Assembly: GCA_005798555.1 (NCBI GenBank)
Contig: SYJA01000003.1
Location: 2,626 to 66,625, forward strand
DNA from: Actinomycetota bacterium
GTDB taxonomy: Bacteria; Actinomycetota; Actinomycetes; S36-B12
Reading direction: 5' to 3'
Length of the DNA stretch: 64,000 nucleotides
Shown here: positions 29,751 through 39,545 of the stretch, piece by piece
How positions within the stretch are numbered: position 1 is the stretch's first letter
How the letters are laid out: every line of letters begins with the position of its first letter
Position numbers and translations under genes: made by a program
Notes under the pieces: model-generated
The model's database searches: none
What the model saw: only the letters and a program-made list of their open reading frames with translations
Told to the model about the DNA's origin: nothing

Positions 29751-31410
29751 GGGTAACCAACGGGGTAACCGACGGGCTAACACTTGGAGTTGGCGTGCTG
29801 GCGCCGACAATTCGTGTAGTGGCCATGACCGCCGCCGGAGCTGCACCGGTGACACATAACCCGGTATCGGTGAAGGAGGAGCCGGCAGCGGCACCGGCCC
29901 AACTCGGTGGCGTCACCAAGACGTGATTACCGACCCGAGTAAAGGTGCCGTTCCACGTGGTAGAAACGGCGCCACCGATCGCAAGATCAAATTCGATTTT
30001 ATCGATGATGATCTTGTTGCTAGTACCGTTTTGCACGCCCAGCTTTCCGCACCAACCACCCGGCCACGAAGAGTCAGTGACGATCTTTGCGGTAATGACG
30101 CCGCTGGTGATCCCCGGATTCGCCGGCCCGGTGGTGGGTGCCGGATCTACTGCCAGCGTCGGCGTCGGCGTTGGCGTTGGCAGCGGCGCAACGGTACCGG
30201 CAAATGCAATTGCCTCCTTGTTCATCAGCGAGCGCAGCAACGCCATCTTGGCAAGGTTGATGGTCCGCCAGTCGTCTAGGAGCACACCACCGGTATCTCC
30301 CGAGTTGGGATTCCACGACCAAAATGTCCAACTGATGCTCTTTCGGCCCAGGTAGTCAGCAAACTGCCTAATCCACCGACCTTCTTTCGTATCAAGGCCG
30401 ACATTCTTGGCACCGAACTCCCCGATGAGGACCGGCGCCGTGCCAGCGTCAACGAGATAGCCAAAGCCCTTTTCCCAACGGTCCGCCAAAATCGACGCTT
30501 GATTCGAACCCGAAAACCACGGCTGGGCAAAGACACCTGGTCCGTATTCATGTGGTGAGTACACGAGTTTATTCGACTTGGAAAGGCGCACCGGGTTAGC
30601 GCGTGCCCCCTCGAGGTTTCCGCCCCACCAATGCCGATCAAGTTTTTGCCCGCCGGCAACTTGACCCTCGATACCCTCGACGAGGATAAGCATGTTCGGA
30701 TTCTGTGCAAGCACAGCATTGCCGGCGAGTTCCGCGGCACGACGCCAGTCAGTCGCTAAGCCGGTACCCCAAGTGGCCGAACCGTGCGGCTCGTTCTTCA
30801 AGTCAGCCCCGATGACATTGGGTCTATCCGAATACCGCTTAGCGAGCGCCTGCCAGGTACCAAGCCAATTCGCTTCGGTGTAACCGTTTTGCCCATACCA
30901 AAGGTCGTACATGAAACCATCATCTGCCTGCGAGTGGTTATCAAGGATGATCATCAACCCTTGCCTTGCGGCCTCGTCAATGATTACGTCCATCACCTGC
31001 TGTGGGGTCTTGCCGGCCAACGCTGCATTTAGACCATTTGCGTAATCGATGCCACTGGTTGTCGATGCATCCATCGCCTGCAGCGAGAAGGGCAGCCGCA
31101 CGGTGTTGAAGCCCTGGGCTTTGATCTGCGCCAGCATCTCCTTGTAGTCGCGACTCCATAAGCCGTGGGGAGCATGGTTGGCGGTCTCGAAGCCAAACCA
31201 GTTGACACCCTGCAAGGTGACGGTGGCTCCCGTGGCATCGATGATCTTGCTTCCACTCGTTGACAGCGGCAGTGCCGGCAAGCCGGCCGCGGCAATAGCG
31301 TTCGGAGCGTTAACAACCCCAACCCCCGCGGCCAAGGCCGTGAGAATCAGGCCCAAAACGAGTGAAATAGCGGTTTTTCGATGAATTCGGGGTTGCTCAA
31401 TTGAGGTCAT
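29707..31410 (-). CDS. secreted GH5 endoglucanase with P/T linker and CBM2-like domain
   Basis: Signal peptide; GVNWFGFET, GFNTVRLP, DLKNEPH (acid/base), YSPHEYGP, IGEFG (nucleophile), FWSWNPNSGDTGG; PTPTPTPT linker; W..G.C...WNG...W...C module. Confidence 0.9.
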   Translation of the reverse strand: MTSIEQPRIHRKTAISLVLGLILTALAAGVGVVNAPNAIAAAGLPALPLSTSGSKIIDATGATVTLQGVNWFGFETANHAPHGLWSRDYKEMLAQIKAQGFNTVRLPFSLQAMDASTTSGIDYANGLNAALAGKTPQQVMDVIIDEAARQGLMIILDNHSQADDGFMYDLWYGQNGYTEANWLGTWQALAKRYSDRPNVIGADLKNEPHGSATWGTGLATDWRRAAELAGNAVLAQNPNMLILVEGIEGQVAGGQKLDRHWWGGNLEGARANPVRLSKSNKLVYSPHEYGPGVFAQPWFSGSNQASILADRWEKGFGYLVDAGTAPVLIGEFGAKNVGLDTKEGRWIRQFADYLGRKSISWTFWSWNPNSGDTGGVLLDDWRTINLAKMALLRSLMNKEAIAFAGTVAPLPTPTPTPTLAVDPAPTTGPANPGITSGVITAKIVTDSSWPGGWCGKLGVQNGTSNKIIIDKIEFDLAIGGAVSTTWNGTFTRVGNHVLVTPPSWAGAAAGSSFTDTGLCVTGAAPAAVMATTRIVGASTPTPSVSPSVTPLVTRHCRLLPNSSPSRC

Positions 31411-31444
31411 GGCCTGGTTATTCCCAACTGGCTCAGATCTAAAC

Positions 31445-32422
31445 CTAAATCGTCAAAGTATTTTCCTGGGCCGCTGCCACATCGCCCTCATCCGTTCTAA
31501 CAGTCAGCACAGCATCAAAGGGCACCTTGCGTTTGATAATGGCCGTCGCGATCGGGCCGAGTTCGTAGTGGCGGGCCGCCGAACCTACCCAGCCCACCTC
31601 GTCATCGCCCGCAAATACCCGAGCACCATGGCCGGGGAGGATCTCCGGTGCGCCATCTAGATGCAATAGCACCAGTCGCCTGGGCGGCTTACCCAAGTTC
31701 TGCACGCGGGCCACGGTCTCCTGACCGCGGTAGCACCCCTTTTGCAGGTGGACCGCCGAGCCGATCCAGCCCACCTCATGCGGCAAGGTCTTGTGGTCGG
31801 TTTCAAACCCAAGCCGCGGCATCGAGGCCGCAACCCTTAGCGCTTCGAGAGCCCAGCTGCCGCTGCGCTCGGGCGCGCCCGTAAGTCGCGCGGGTAGTTC
31901 CTCTCGCGGCAGTATCACCTCGCGTCCACGAAATCCGCTGCTCGCAAAAGGCTCGGGGACCAACCAAGTCGGGTGGTTTGCATCAATCGATGCGATCGGC
32001 TCCCAAACCACCGCGAACCTCGAAGTGACATTGGAAATTGTCACGCGCAACATGAACTGCATCGACACCAGGTACTTTTCCAAGGTATCGGCCGTGCCTG
32101 GCTCAACAATGAGCCAGGTGGTTTCACCGTCGTCAACTAGATGAAGCTCATGTTCCACGTGCCCGTGCGGGCTCAGAATCAATACCAAGGCGGACTCACT
32201 CGGCTGCAGGTTCTGTAGGTGCTGGGTTGTCAGCGTATGCATCCATGTGAGCCGGTCGGGGCCGGTAACTGTTACCACCCCACGATTAGAAATATCCACG
32301 ACGCTCATGCCGTCGGCTAGAAACCGCTGTTCGCGGTGCGGATCCCCAAAATGCCACGCGATTGACTCGTCAACGAATCCGGCTGGCCCGGCCACCGCAA
32401 GCGGCAAGTCCAACGACGTCAC
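31445..32422 (-). CDS. ygfZ: YgfZ/GcvT-like folate-binding protein
   Basis: HFGDP..EQR, GPDRL.W, KGCYRGQETVAR. Confidence 0.9.
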   Translation of the reverse strand: MTSLDLPLAVAGPAGFVDESIAWHFGDPHREQRFLADGMSVVDISNRGVVTVTGPDRLTWMHTLTTQHLQNLQPSESALVLILSPHGHVEHELHLVDDGETTWLIVEPGTADTLEKYLVSMQFMLRVTISNVTSRFAVVWEPIASIDANHPTWLVPEPFASSGFRGREVILPREELPARLTGAPERSGSWALEALRVAASMPRLGFETDHKTLPHEVGWIGSAVHLQKGCYRGQETVARVQNLGKPPRRLVLLHLDGAPEILPGHGARVFAGDDEVGWVGSAARHYELGPIATAIIKRKVPFDAVLTVRTDEGDVAAAQENTLTI

Positions 32423-32868
32423 AATTCGTCTTCCCTTAAATCCTCGCCCGACTTGCCCTCGCATTTCGAGCAATGCCCGTGGATGGCCATATGCGAGATA
32501 TCAGTCGTGAACCCTTGGTCCGCGCGCAGGCGATCAACAAAAGTAGCCGCCACGCCAGCCGGGACACTCACGACCGAGGAACAACGGTCACAGACCAGAT
32601 GGATGTGGAGTTCTTCATCGACCGCATGATAGGTCGGGGCCCCGTGCCCGATATGGGCATGGGTGACGAGGCCGACACTTTCCAGAACCTCAAGGGTGCG
32701 GTAGACCGTGGAGAGGTTCACGCCCGTAGCGGTGCGCTGCACTTCGACCAAAATGGTCTCCGGGGTTCCGTGTTGCAACCGCTCGACAGCCTCAAGCACC
32801 AGCTGGCGCTGTGGGGTTATGCGAAAACCGTGCTCGTGCAGGCGCCTATCCCAATCCTCACTCGCCAC
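32419..32868 (-). CDS. nur: Fur-family regulator, Nur (nickel uptake regulator)-like
   Basis: R.TPQRQLVLEAV, STVYRTLE, THAHIGHGAPTYH, HIHLVC..C, D..H.AI.G.C..C match Streptomyces Nur; same gene neighbourhood. Confidence 0.8.
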   Translation of the reverse strand: MASEDWDRRLHEHGFRITPQRQLVLEAVERLQHGTPETILVEVQRTATGVNLSTVYRTLEVLESVGLVTHAHIGHGAPTYHAVDEELHIHLVCDRCSSVVSVPAGVAATFVDRLRADQGFTTDISHMAIHGHCSKCEGKSGEDLREDEL

Positions 32869-33406
32869 TTTCGTCTCCCTCAGCGATACGGGTAAGGGTA
32901 GCCGCGAGGTGATTGGTCATCTGCTGACCCATTGCAGCCATGTCGAAAGTCCAAAGCAGTCTGTCTTCGACTAAGCCATAGAGCCGGTGGCCATCGGTGT
33001 ACTCCTTGGCGCTCTGCGTGCGGGCAACGACATCCGTGCGGAGTTCCGCACGGGCGCCGGTGATAACTGCATCCTCGATCCCGGTCACCTCAATTTGCCC
33101 GTACCAAACTTCGGCGTAGCCGGTCGGATGGGCGAGTTGCATTTCGAGCCGATTATCCGGGCGTGGGCGCCAGAATCCAGTTTCAGTACCGAGCGGACGA
33201 ACGCGGTTGCCGTCATCGTCGAGTAACCAACTACGTGACCAGTAGGAAATAAATGGTCGCCCGTCGCAGGCGAATGAAACTTCTTGCCCGAATCGGAAAT
33301 CCGCAATCGTTGGATACTGCCCGGTGCCAACGCCAACCCAATGGCCGACCAACCAAGAAAGCGGTAGCAACTCCTTAGGGAGAACCCCGACCGCGGTAGC
33401 GGCCAT
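32858..33406 (-). CDS. nitrobindin/FABP-like protein (DUF1794)
   Basis: L.PL.WLVG.W.G.G...YPTI..FRFGQE, ETGFWR, RLYGLV, MAA.GQ..NHL.A.L. Confidence 0.87.
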   Translation of the reverse strand: MAATAVGVLPKELLPLSWLVGHWVGVGTGQYPTIADFRFGQEVSFACDGRPFISYWSRSWLLDDDGNRVRPLGTETGFWRPRPDNRLEMQLAHPTGYAEVWYGQIEVTGIEDAVITGARAELRTDVVARTQSAKEYTDGHRLYGLVEDRLLWTFDMAAMGQQMTNHLAATLTRIAEGDESGE

Positions 33407-33409
33407 GAC

Positions 33410-33523
33410 TCACTCACCGCCTGTCATTGGTGCATCTAGCAATCGGTAAACCAGATAAAGGCAGCCGCCGGAAAGCAGCAAAGTGGCGCCGATTAGGAGG
33501 GTGGCTATCAATGCATCGAACAC
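33410..33523 (-). CDS. candidate 37-aa single-TM small protein
   Basis: (M)FDALIATLLIGATLLLSGGCLYLVYRLLDAPMTGGE; TAGGCT -10 seven nt before GTG; stop 3 nt before nitrobindin ATG. Confidence 0.5.
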   Translation of the reverse strand: MFDALIATLLIGATLLLSGGCLYLVYRLLDAPMTGGE

Positions 33524-33542
33524 ATACGGCAGCCTACTCCCT

Positions 33543-33917
33543 ATGAGTGGATCTGAATCCCGTCGCTTACTGGTCAAAGTGATGGTCGGCGCTGATGCAC
33601 CTGAGCGCTGCTCACAGGGCTTCACCGTTGCCGCGATGGCCGCCGCCTCCGGTGTCGGGGTTGGGCTTTGGCTAACCGGTGAGGCAGCTTGGTTCGCCTT
33701 ACCAGGGCGCGCAGACGATTTCGTCCTAGCACATGCAGCGCCGCTATCGGATCTGCTTACCGGCATTTTGGCTGCCGGTACCGTCACCGTTTGCACCCAG
33801 TGCGCCCAGCGACGTGGCATTGAGGCCGCCGACGTGATTCCTGGAATCCGCATCGCCGGCGCCGCGGTGTTCGTCGAGGAAGCAATTCAGCCCGGGGTCC
33901 AGGCCCTCACCTACTAA
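33543..33917 (+). CDS. DsrE-family protein
   Basis: GADAPERCSQGFTVAA, LWLTGE, VCTQCA.RR. Confidence 0.85.
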   Translation: MSGSESRRLLVKVMVGADAPERCSQGFTVAAMAAASGVGVGLWLTGEAAWFALPGRADDFVLAHAAPLSDLLTGILAAGTVTVCTQCAQRRGIEAADVIPGIRIAGAAVFVEEAIQPGVQALTY

Positions 33918-33918
33918 G

Positions 33919-34374
33919 TCAGCCGGCAGATGACAGGCGCTTAGCTAGTACAAACACTTCACAGCCCAAGCAGAAGTTGAATGCCGCATTGAGGAAGGCC
34001 GCCGCCAGCGCAATAGCAACCGCGACGGTGGCAATCAAAGTACTCCCGAGAAGAATGGCCGCCAATGCGAATGCAACAAAACAAAACCCAACTAATTGCG
34101 CAAATCGCGGTGGGGCCGCCGCCTCCAGCTCGACCGGTGCCGAGAGCCGAGGTGAGACGAAGGTCCGGAAAACCCAGCCATAGGGCTGGGCCCATAACCC
34201 CACAAAGGCGCCTAGAGCAAAGATGATCACCTGCCACGCGAGGAGTGCCGAGCCAACCGGGGTACCCATGGTGATCAGCGCGATGGCAAGCACCACGGTG
34301 GTGATGGCACCTCCGAACCTAGGCCCCCGAGGGTCAATACGCGCGCGCGTGCAAACTTCGGTTGTGGTTGTCAT
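33919..34374 (-). CDS. DUF4395 membrane protein
   Basis: IDPRGPRF, PY, E...PPRFAQLVG, AAFLNAAFNFCLGCE. Confidence 0.88.
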   Translation of the reverse strand: MTTTTEVCTRARIDPRGPRFGGAITTVVLAIALITMGTPVGSALLAWQVIIFALGAFVGLWAQPYGWVFRTFVSPRLSAPVELEAAAPPRFAQLVGFCFVAFALAAILLGSTLIATVAVAIALAAAFLNAAFNFCLGCEVFVLAKRLSSAG

Positions 34375-34458
34375 GTGGCAAAGGTAGGTTGCCGTTCAGT
34401 AGCCCATAGGTGGCCTTCAGTACTTAAGTCTGCTGGCTACTTGCAAGGATTTTGCAGG

Positions 34459-34893
34459 CTAGTCGAGTTGGCCCAAGGCCGCGATCACATCGACCTTTCT
34501 TGGCAAGCCACTTGCTCGGCGTCGTATGCGCCCCTCCTCATCTAGAACCAGCACCGTTGGCGTGCGCCTGATATCGAGTGCGCGCACCAGATCCAGATTG
34601 GCTTCGGCATCGATATCAACGTGCGCAACTCCGTCGACCATGCCACTTACCTCGATCAGGATTTGTCGAGTGGCGCGGCAGGGCTGGCAAAAAGCTGACG
34701 AAAACTGCACGAGGGTGGCACGGGCACCAAGGTCCCCACCGATGGTCTGCGCATCAAGGATCGCAACACCATGTTCTGTGGTCCCGGCACTGCGATGCTC
34801 GACCGTTTTCATCCGTCCGCTATTCGAGCGGTGCCAGAGCCCAAATGCGGTAGCCAGAATCACTATCGCAAGCACCATGAAAATGCCAGTCAT
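34459..34893 (-). CDS. membrane-anchored thioredoxin-like protein
   Basis: N-terminal TM helix; TLVQFSSAFCQPCR (CxxC), TPT. Confidence 0.85.
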   Translation of the reverse strand: MTGIFMVLAIVILATAFGLWHRSNSGRMKTVEHRSAGTTEHGVAILDAQTIGGDLGARATLVQFSSAFCQPCRATRQILIEVSGMVDGVAHVDIDAEANLDLVRALDIRRTPTVLVLDEEGRIRRRASGLPRKVDVIAALGQLD

Positions 34894-35699
34894 TGGCAAT
34901 CACCTGGAATCGTGCGTGGGTCGCCTTCACATCGCTTGGCCGCCCATCGCCCGATGTCCTCGATGGTTTGGCGATCGATTGCCGACTCCGCGTGACCGAA
35001 GCCCCCAATTATCCACTCCTCGGATTGCACACTTCCGCCATCGATCGCTGCGCGATACAGCGCGTGCGCATGCTCAACCGGAAAATAGCGATCGACGGTG
35101 CCGTGCACAACCAACAACGGGATCCCGCCCAACTCGGCAGCCGCTTCTACGGGAGGGATCGGCGGTGGAGTTGGCCACGGGTCCGAACCGATCCGCACCC
35201 CACGAGTTCGCATCGCAGCTCGGCCGGCAGGTGTCTCGACAAGGCGATGCACAAGGCGCATAACCGGCGTGCCCCGGTAGTACCAAAACGCGGTGCCGCT
35301 AACACTGACTACCGCATCTACCTGTGCCGTCGTTTGGCGTTGCAGTGCGGCTTCGCGCACCACCACCGATCCGCCCATCGAAAAACCCACTGATGCGACT
35401 TGCTGGTAGCCAAGACCCCGGGCCCAGGTGACCGCGGCTGCGACGTCATGTACTTCATCCATCCCCAGCGTGGACTTGCCGCCGGATCGCCCGTGCCCGC
35501 GCAAATCGAGCGCAACTACCCCGCCGAAATCCCGCAGCCCGGCAATGACTTTCTGGATCCGCTCCTGCCGCCAACCACCGGTGAAACCGTGCACTACCAC
35601 GAAGGCGAGTTGAGCGCCGGGGCTCGGCCCCGCCGTATGGGACGCACTGATACGCAGCCCATCAGCGGTCATCAAAGTCACCTGCTGGTCCGCGAACAT
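34890..35699 (-). CDS. alpha/beta hydrolase (conserved glnR neighbour)
   Basis: HGFTG, DLRGHGRS, GFSMGG, HG..D.YFP, GHAE. Confidence 0.85.
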   Translation of the reverse strand: MFADQQVTLMTADGLRISASHTAGPSPGAQLAFVVVHGFTGGWRQERIQKVIAGLRDFGGVVALDLRGHGRSGGKSTLGMDEVHDVAAAVTWARGLGYQQVASVGFSMGGSVVVREAALQRQTTAQVDAVVSVSGTAFWYYRGTPVMRLVHRLVETPAGRAAMRTRGVRIGSDPWPTPPPIPPVEAAAELGGIPLLVVHGTVDRYFPVEHAHALYRAAIDGGSVQSEEWIIGGFGHAESAIDRQTIEDIGRWAAKRCEGDPRTIPGDCQ

Positions 35700-35731
35700 C
35701 CGCCTAGTCTTCCGGACGGTAGAGTGGGCGC

Positions 35732-36469
35732 ATGCGCTTGGTCCTGTTAACCCGAGCTATGGAGCCTTCTTTTGAGGTGCTTCCCGCCCTCAGCCTGCTG
35801 GCCCACCATGTGCGAACCCTGCCAGCCGAGCCCACCGCCTTGCTTTCGGCACCCGACTGTGACGCCTTGATCGTTGATGGTCGACGCGATCTGCCAGCGG
35901 TACGCGGCCTCACCCGGCTGATCCGCCAAACCGGGGTTGATGTGCCAGTGCTCTTGGTTACCACCGAAGGTGGCCTCTCGGCTATTCAATGGGATTGGGG
36001 CATGGACGAAGTCCTCGTTGACACCACCTCACCCGCTGAACTTGAGGCGCGCCTTCGCCTGGCGGTATCGCGCGTGCATGAAATCAAGGGCGCACCTGCG
36101 GGTGAGCCCGAGGAGATCCGTAGTGGCGAGTTGATGATTGATGAGGCCACCTATACCGCAAAGCTTCGCGGTCGCACTTTGGATCTCACCTTTAAGGAGT
36201 TTGAACTCTTAAAGTACCTCGCTCAACACGCTGGTCGCGTCTTCACGAGAGCGCTTCTCCTGCAAGAGGTTTGGGGTTACGACTACTTTGGAGGTACGCG
36301 GACTGTTGACGTTCACGTCCGCCGCCTTAGAGCAAAGCTTGGCGTGGAGGACGAAGCACTGATTGGTACCGTGCGAAATGTCGGATACCGATTTGTGCCC
36401 CAGCGCACCGACGACTCCACCCTTGCCACTTTGGACTCCTCGGCTGTTGCCCGCTCATCGAGCGCGTAA
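35732..36469 (+). CDS. glnR: GlnR global nitrogen regulator (orphan OmpR-type)
   Basis: [76 protein letters not shown]. Confidence 0.92.
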   Translation: MRLVLLTRAMEPSFEVLPALSLLAHHVRTLPAEPTALLSAPDCDALIVDGRRDLPAVRGLTRLIRQTGVDVPVLLVTTEGGLSAIQWDWGMDEVLVDTTSPAELEARLRLAVSRVHEIKGAPAGEPEEIRSGELMIDEATYTAKLRGRTLDLTFKEFELLKYLAQHAGRVFTRALLLQEVWGYDYFGGTRTVDVHVRRLRAKLGVEDEALIGTVRNVGYRFVPQRTDDSTLATLDSSAVARSSSA

Positions 36470-36473
36470 TCCC

Positions 36474-37403
36474 GTGCCCGACCTGGAAGTCACCTCACAT
36501 CTAAGTGACGATGAGACCGTGGAAGTCTCAAACCTAGTAGAGCGCGTTACGCATGCCGATGGCCTGCATCCGCTGTCAGAGCACGTCTGGCTTCACGTGC
36601 GTCACGGTGGCGACCTACATGACCAACATTTCCTGATGCGTAGCGATGGCATCCTCGTCGGTTATGCGCACCTGGACGCTACTGACAAAGTCGCCGGCCC
36701 GAGCGCCGAACTTGCGGTTCATCCACAGTATCGGCGCAACGGGATCGGGCACACTCTCGTGCAGTCAATGCTCGACGAAATACCAGACCAGCCACTTCGG
36801 CTGTGGGCACATGGTGAGCAAGCAGCAGCGATTGCACTAGCACGCTCCATGAATTTCATTGACAGTCGAGTACTCTGGCAGATGCGTCGATCCCTGCGAG
36901 CGCCACTTAGCCAACCCAATTTGCCTGCCGGTATCACCCTGCGAAGTTTCAATCCCAAACTGGATATGGAATCGTGGCTCGCAGTCAATCACCGCGCCTT
37001 TGCCGACCACCCCGAGCAGGGCGGGTGGCAGCTGCCTGACCTCCAGCGACGGATGCAGGAGCCCTGGTTTTCGACCGACGGCTTCATCTTGGCTATTGCA
37101 ACAGCCACCGGCGACATCGCCGGATTTCACTGGACCAAAGTTCATGGGGCATCCGGCCATGCACCGCATGCGCACGAGGAGATCGGTGAGGTTTACGTGG
37201 TCGGCGTAGATCCGGCCTGGCAGGGGGCCGGCCTCGGCCGGGCGCTCACCATCGTTGGGCTGCAATACCTTAGAAACCTCAGCCTCGGTCAGGCAATGCT
37301 GTACGTCGACGCGACCAATGGTCCTGCCATCGCCCTCTATACCGGCTTGGGTTTTGCGCGCTGGGACACCGATGTTCTCTATTCGCAGGATGCTCGCCAT
37401 TAG
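36474..37403 (+). CDS. mshD: mycothiol synthase (tandem GNAT)
   Basis: DG..PLSE, ELAVHP, WAHG, AF..HPEQG.W, GFHWTK, GEVYVVGV, LYVD..N..A..LY. Confidence 0.93.
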   Translation: MPDLEVTSHLSDDETVEVSNLVERVTHADGLHPLSEHVWLHVRHGGDLHDQHFLMRSDGILVGYAHLDATDKVAGPSAELAVHPQYRRNGIGHTLVQSMLDEIPDQPLRLWAHGEQAAAIALARSMNFIDSRVLWQMRRSLRAPLSQPNLPAGITLRSFNPKLDMESWLAVNHRAFADHPEQGGWQLPDLQRRMQEPWFSTDGFILAIATATGDIAGFHWTKVHGASGHAPHAHEEIGEVYVVGVDPAWQGAGLGRALTIVGLQYLRNLSLGQAMLYVDATNGPAIALYTGLGFARWDTDVLYSQDARH

Positions 37404-37433
37404 TTGTTAACCAAACTATGGGAGCATCAGCCC

Positions 37434-39545
37434 ATGACAGGCAACCAGGAGAACCCCGAGAACTCACCAAATGCCGCGAGCCCGGAACCGATTTCCAGCG
37501 TAGACCGCTTCCTCGATCGCGAATTATCTTGGTTGGCATTCAACCAGCGGGTCCTTGAATTAGCCGAGGACGACCGCCTGCCGGTTCTAGAGCGCGCCAA
37601 ATTCCTCGCAATTTTCGCCAGCAATCTAGACGAGTTCTTCATGGTTAGAGTTGCCGGGCTCAAACGCCGCATCGCCACCGGTATCGCGGTTCGAGCCGCG
37701 AACGGCAACACACCTCGCGAGGTTCTCGAAAACATCTGGGAGCGCGCCCACGCGATGCAGCGTGAGCAGGCTCAGGTTTTCCACGTCGACGTCATTCCCG
37801 GGCTGCTGGAGGCCGGGATCGAATTACTGCGTTGGCAAGACCTCACTCAGAATGAACGCGCCGATATGGATCGATTCTTCGATTCGCAGGTGTTCCCGGT
37901 GCTTACTCCACTTGCGGTGGACCCGTCACACCCATTTCCTTATATCAGCGGGCTATCACTCAATCTCGCCGTTGTGGTGCGCAATCCAGTCAGTGGCACC
38001 GAGTTGTTCGCCCGCGTCAAAGTGCCCCCATCGTTGCCCCGATTCGTTAAAGTGGCACCGCAGCGCTTTGTGCCACTTGAAGATGTAATCGGTGCGCACC
38101 TCGACGATCTATTCCCGGGCATGCAGATTCTGCAGAATCACTCATTTCGAGTAACCCGCAACGAGGATGTGGAAGTCGAGGAGGATGACGCCGAGAACCT
38201 CCTGCTGGCATTGGAACGCGAACTCATGCGGCGCCGCTTCGGCCCACCGGTGCGCCTTGAGGTCGAACAATCAATCGACCCGCACGTACTCGAATTGCTC
38301 ATGAGCGAACTCGACGTGAACGAGCACGAGGTCTTTCGGATACCCGGACCACTTGACCTGACCGGCCTCTGGGATTTTTACGCATTGGATCGTGACGACC
38401 TAAAGCTTCGAAAGTTTGTCTCAAAGACCTCACGGCAACTTGCCGGTGTCGAGTCGGCATCAGCGCCTGATGTCCTCGCCTGTATTCGTGAACGCGATAT
38501 TTTGCTGCACCACCCTTATGACTCATTCTCAACTAGCGTTCAATTATTCCTTGAGCAGGCCGCGGTTGACCCCAATGTGCTCGCAATCAAGCAGACCCTT
38601 TACCGCACGAGCGGTGATTCCCCAATTGTTGATGCGCTCATCACCGCAGCCCAAGAGGGTAAGCAGGTGCTTGCCATCGTCGAAATCAAGGCACGCTTTG
38701 ATGAAGAGAACAACATCGCCTGGAGCCGTAAACTTGAAGAAGCCGGAGTCCATGTTGTGTACGGGCTGGTCGGCTTAAAAACCCACAGCAAGTTGTCAAT
38801 GGTCGTGCGTAATGACGGTGATCAACTCCGCCGCTATTGCCATATCGGCACCGGGAACTATCACCCCAAGACCGCCCGTCTGTATGAGGATTTTGGCCTG
38901 CTCACCTGCAGTACGTCAGTCGGTGATGACGTTGCTAATCTTTTCAATGTCCTGTCCGGCTACTCAATGAACACCGAGTACGACCGATTGCTCGTAGCCC
39001 CGCACTCGGTGCGCTCAGGGTTACTAGAAAAGATCGACCGCGAGATCGAGCACCATGGACAAGGTCGGCCCGCACGAATCCGGTTCAAGGTAAATGCACT
39101 TGTTGATGAGAGAGTCGTCGATGCTCTTTACCGAGCTTCCGCCGCAGGAGTGCCCGTAGAAATCTGGGTTCGCGGCATCTGCTCACTGCGCCCTAGCGTG
39201 CCGGGGCTTAGTGAAAGTATTCGTGTGATAAGCATCCTTGGTCGATTCCTGGAGCACTCACGTTGCTACGGATTCGAAAATGGCGGAGTACCCGAGCTTT
39301 GGATCGGATCCGCCGACATGATGCACCGCAATCTTGATCGCCGGGTGGAGGCACTCGTGCAGTTGCGCGACCCGCAGCATCTAACCGAGATCAACGAGCT
39401 ATTCGACCTAGCCTTCGATGCAGGCACGTCTGCGTGGGACTTAAACGCTGATGGCTCATGGACCCGCCGCACTCACAGTGCCGACGGTGCCCTACTCCTC
39501 GATTTCCAAGAGACCCTTATCGCGGGCAACCGGGGTACTTCGTGA
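37434..39545 (+). CDS. ppk1: polyphosphate kinase 1
   Basis: [68 protein letters not shown]. Confidence 0.97.
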   Translation: MTGNQENPENSPNAASPEPISSVDRFLDRELSWLAFNQRVLELAEDDRLPVLERAKFLAIFASNLDEFFMVRVAGLKRRIATGIAVRAANGNTPREVLENIWERAHAMQREQAQVFHVDVIPGLLEAGIELLRWQDLTQNERADMDRFFDSQVFPVLTPLAVDPSHPFPYISGLSLNLAVVVRNPVSGTELFARVKVPPSLPRFVKVAPQRFVPLEDVIGAHLDDLFPGMQILQNHSFRVTRNEDVEVEEDDAENLLLALERELMRRRFGPPVRLEVEQSIDPHVLELLMSELDVNEHEVFRIPGPLDLTGLWDFYALDRDDLKLRKFVSKTSRQLAGVESASAPDVLACIRERDILLHHPYDSFSTSVQLFLEQAAVDPNVLAIKQTLYRTSGDSPIVDALITAAQEGKQVLAIVEIKARFDEENNIAWSRKLEEAGVHVVYGLVGLKTHSKLSMVVRNDGDQLRRYCHIGTGNYHPKTARLYEDFGLLTCSTSVGDDVANLFNVLSGYSMNTEYDRLLVAPHSVRSGLLEKIDREIEHHGQGRPARIRFKVNALVDERVVDALYRASAAGVPVEIWVRGICSLRPSVPGLSESIRVISILGRFLEHSRCYGFENGGVPELWIGSADMMHRNLDRRVEALVQLRDPQHLTEINELFDLAFDAGTSAWDLNADGSWTRRTHSADGALLLDFQETLIAGNRGTS

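Noticed and set aside
34375-34458. Cys-rich leader peptide or cysA/sseC genes expected near DUF4395
   Set aside because: No such ORF is visible; the absence is simple gene loss or relocation.
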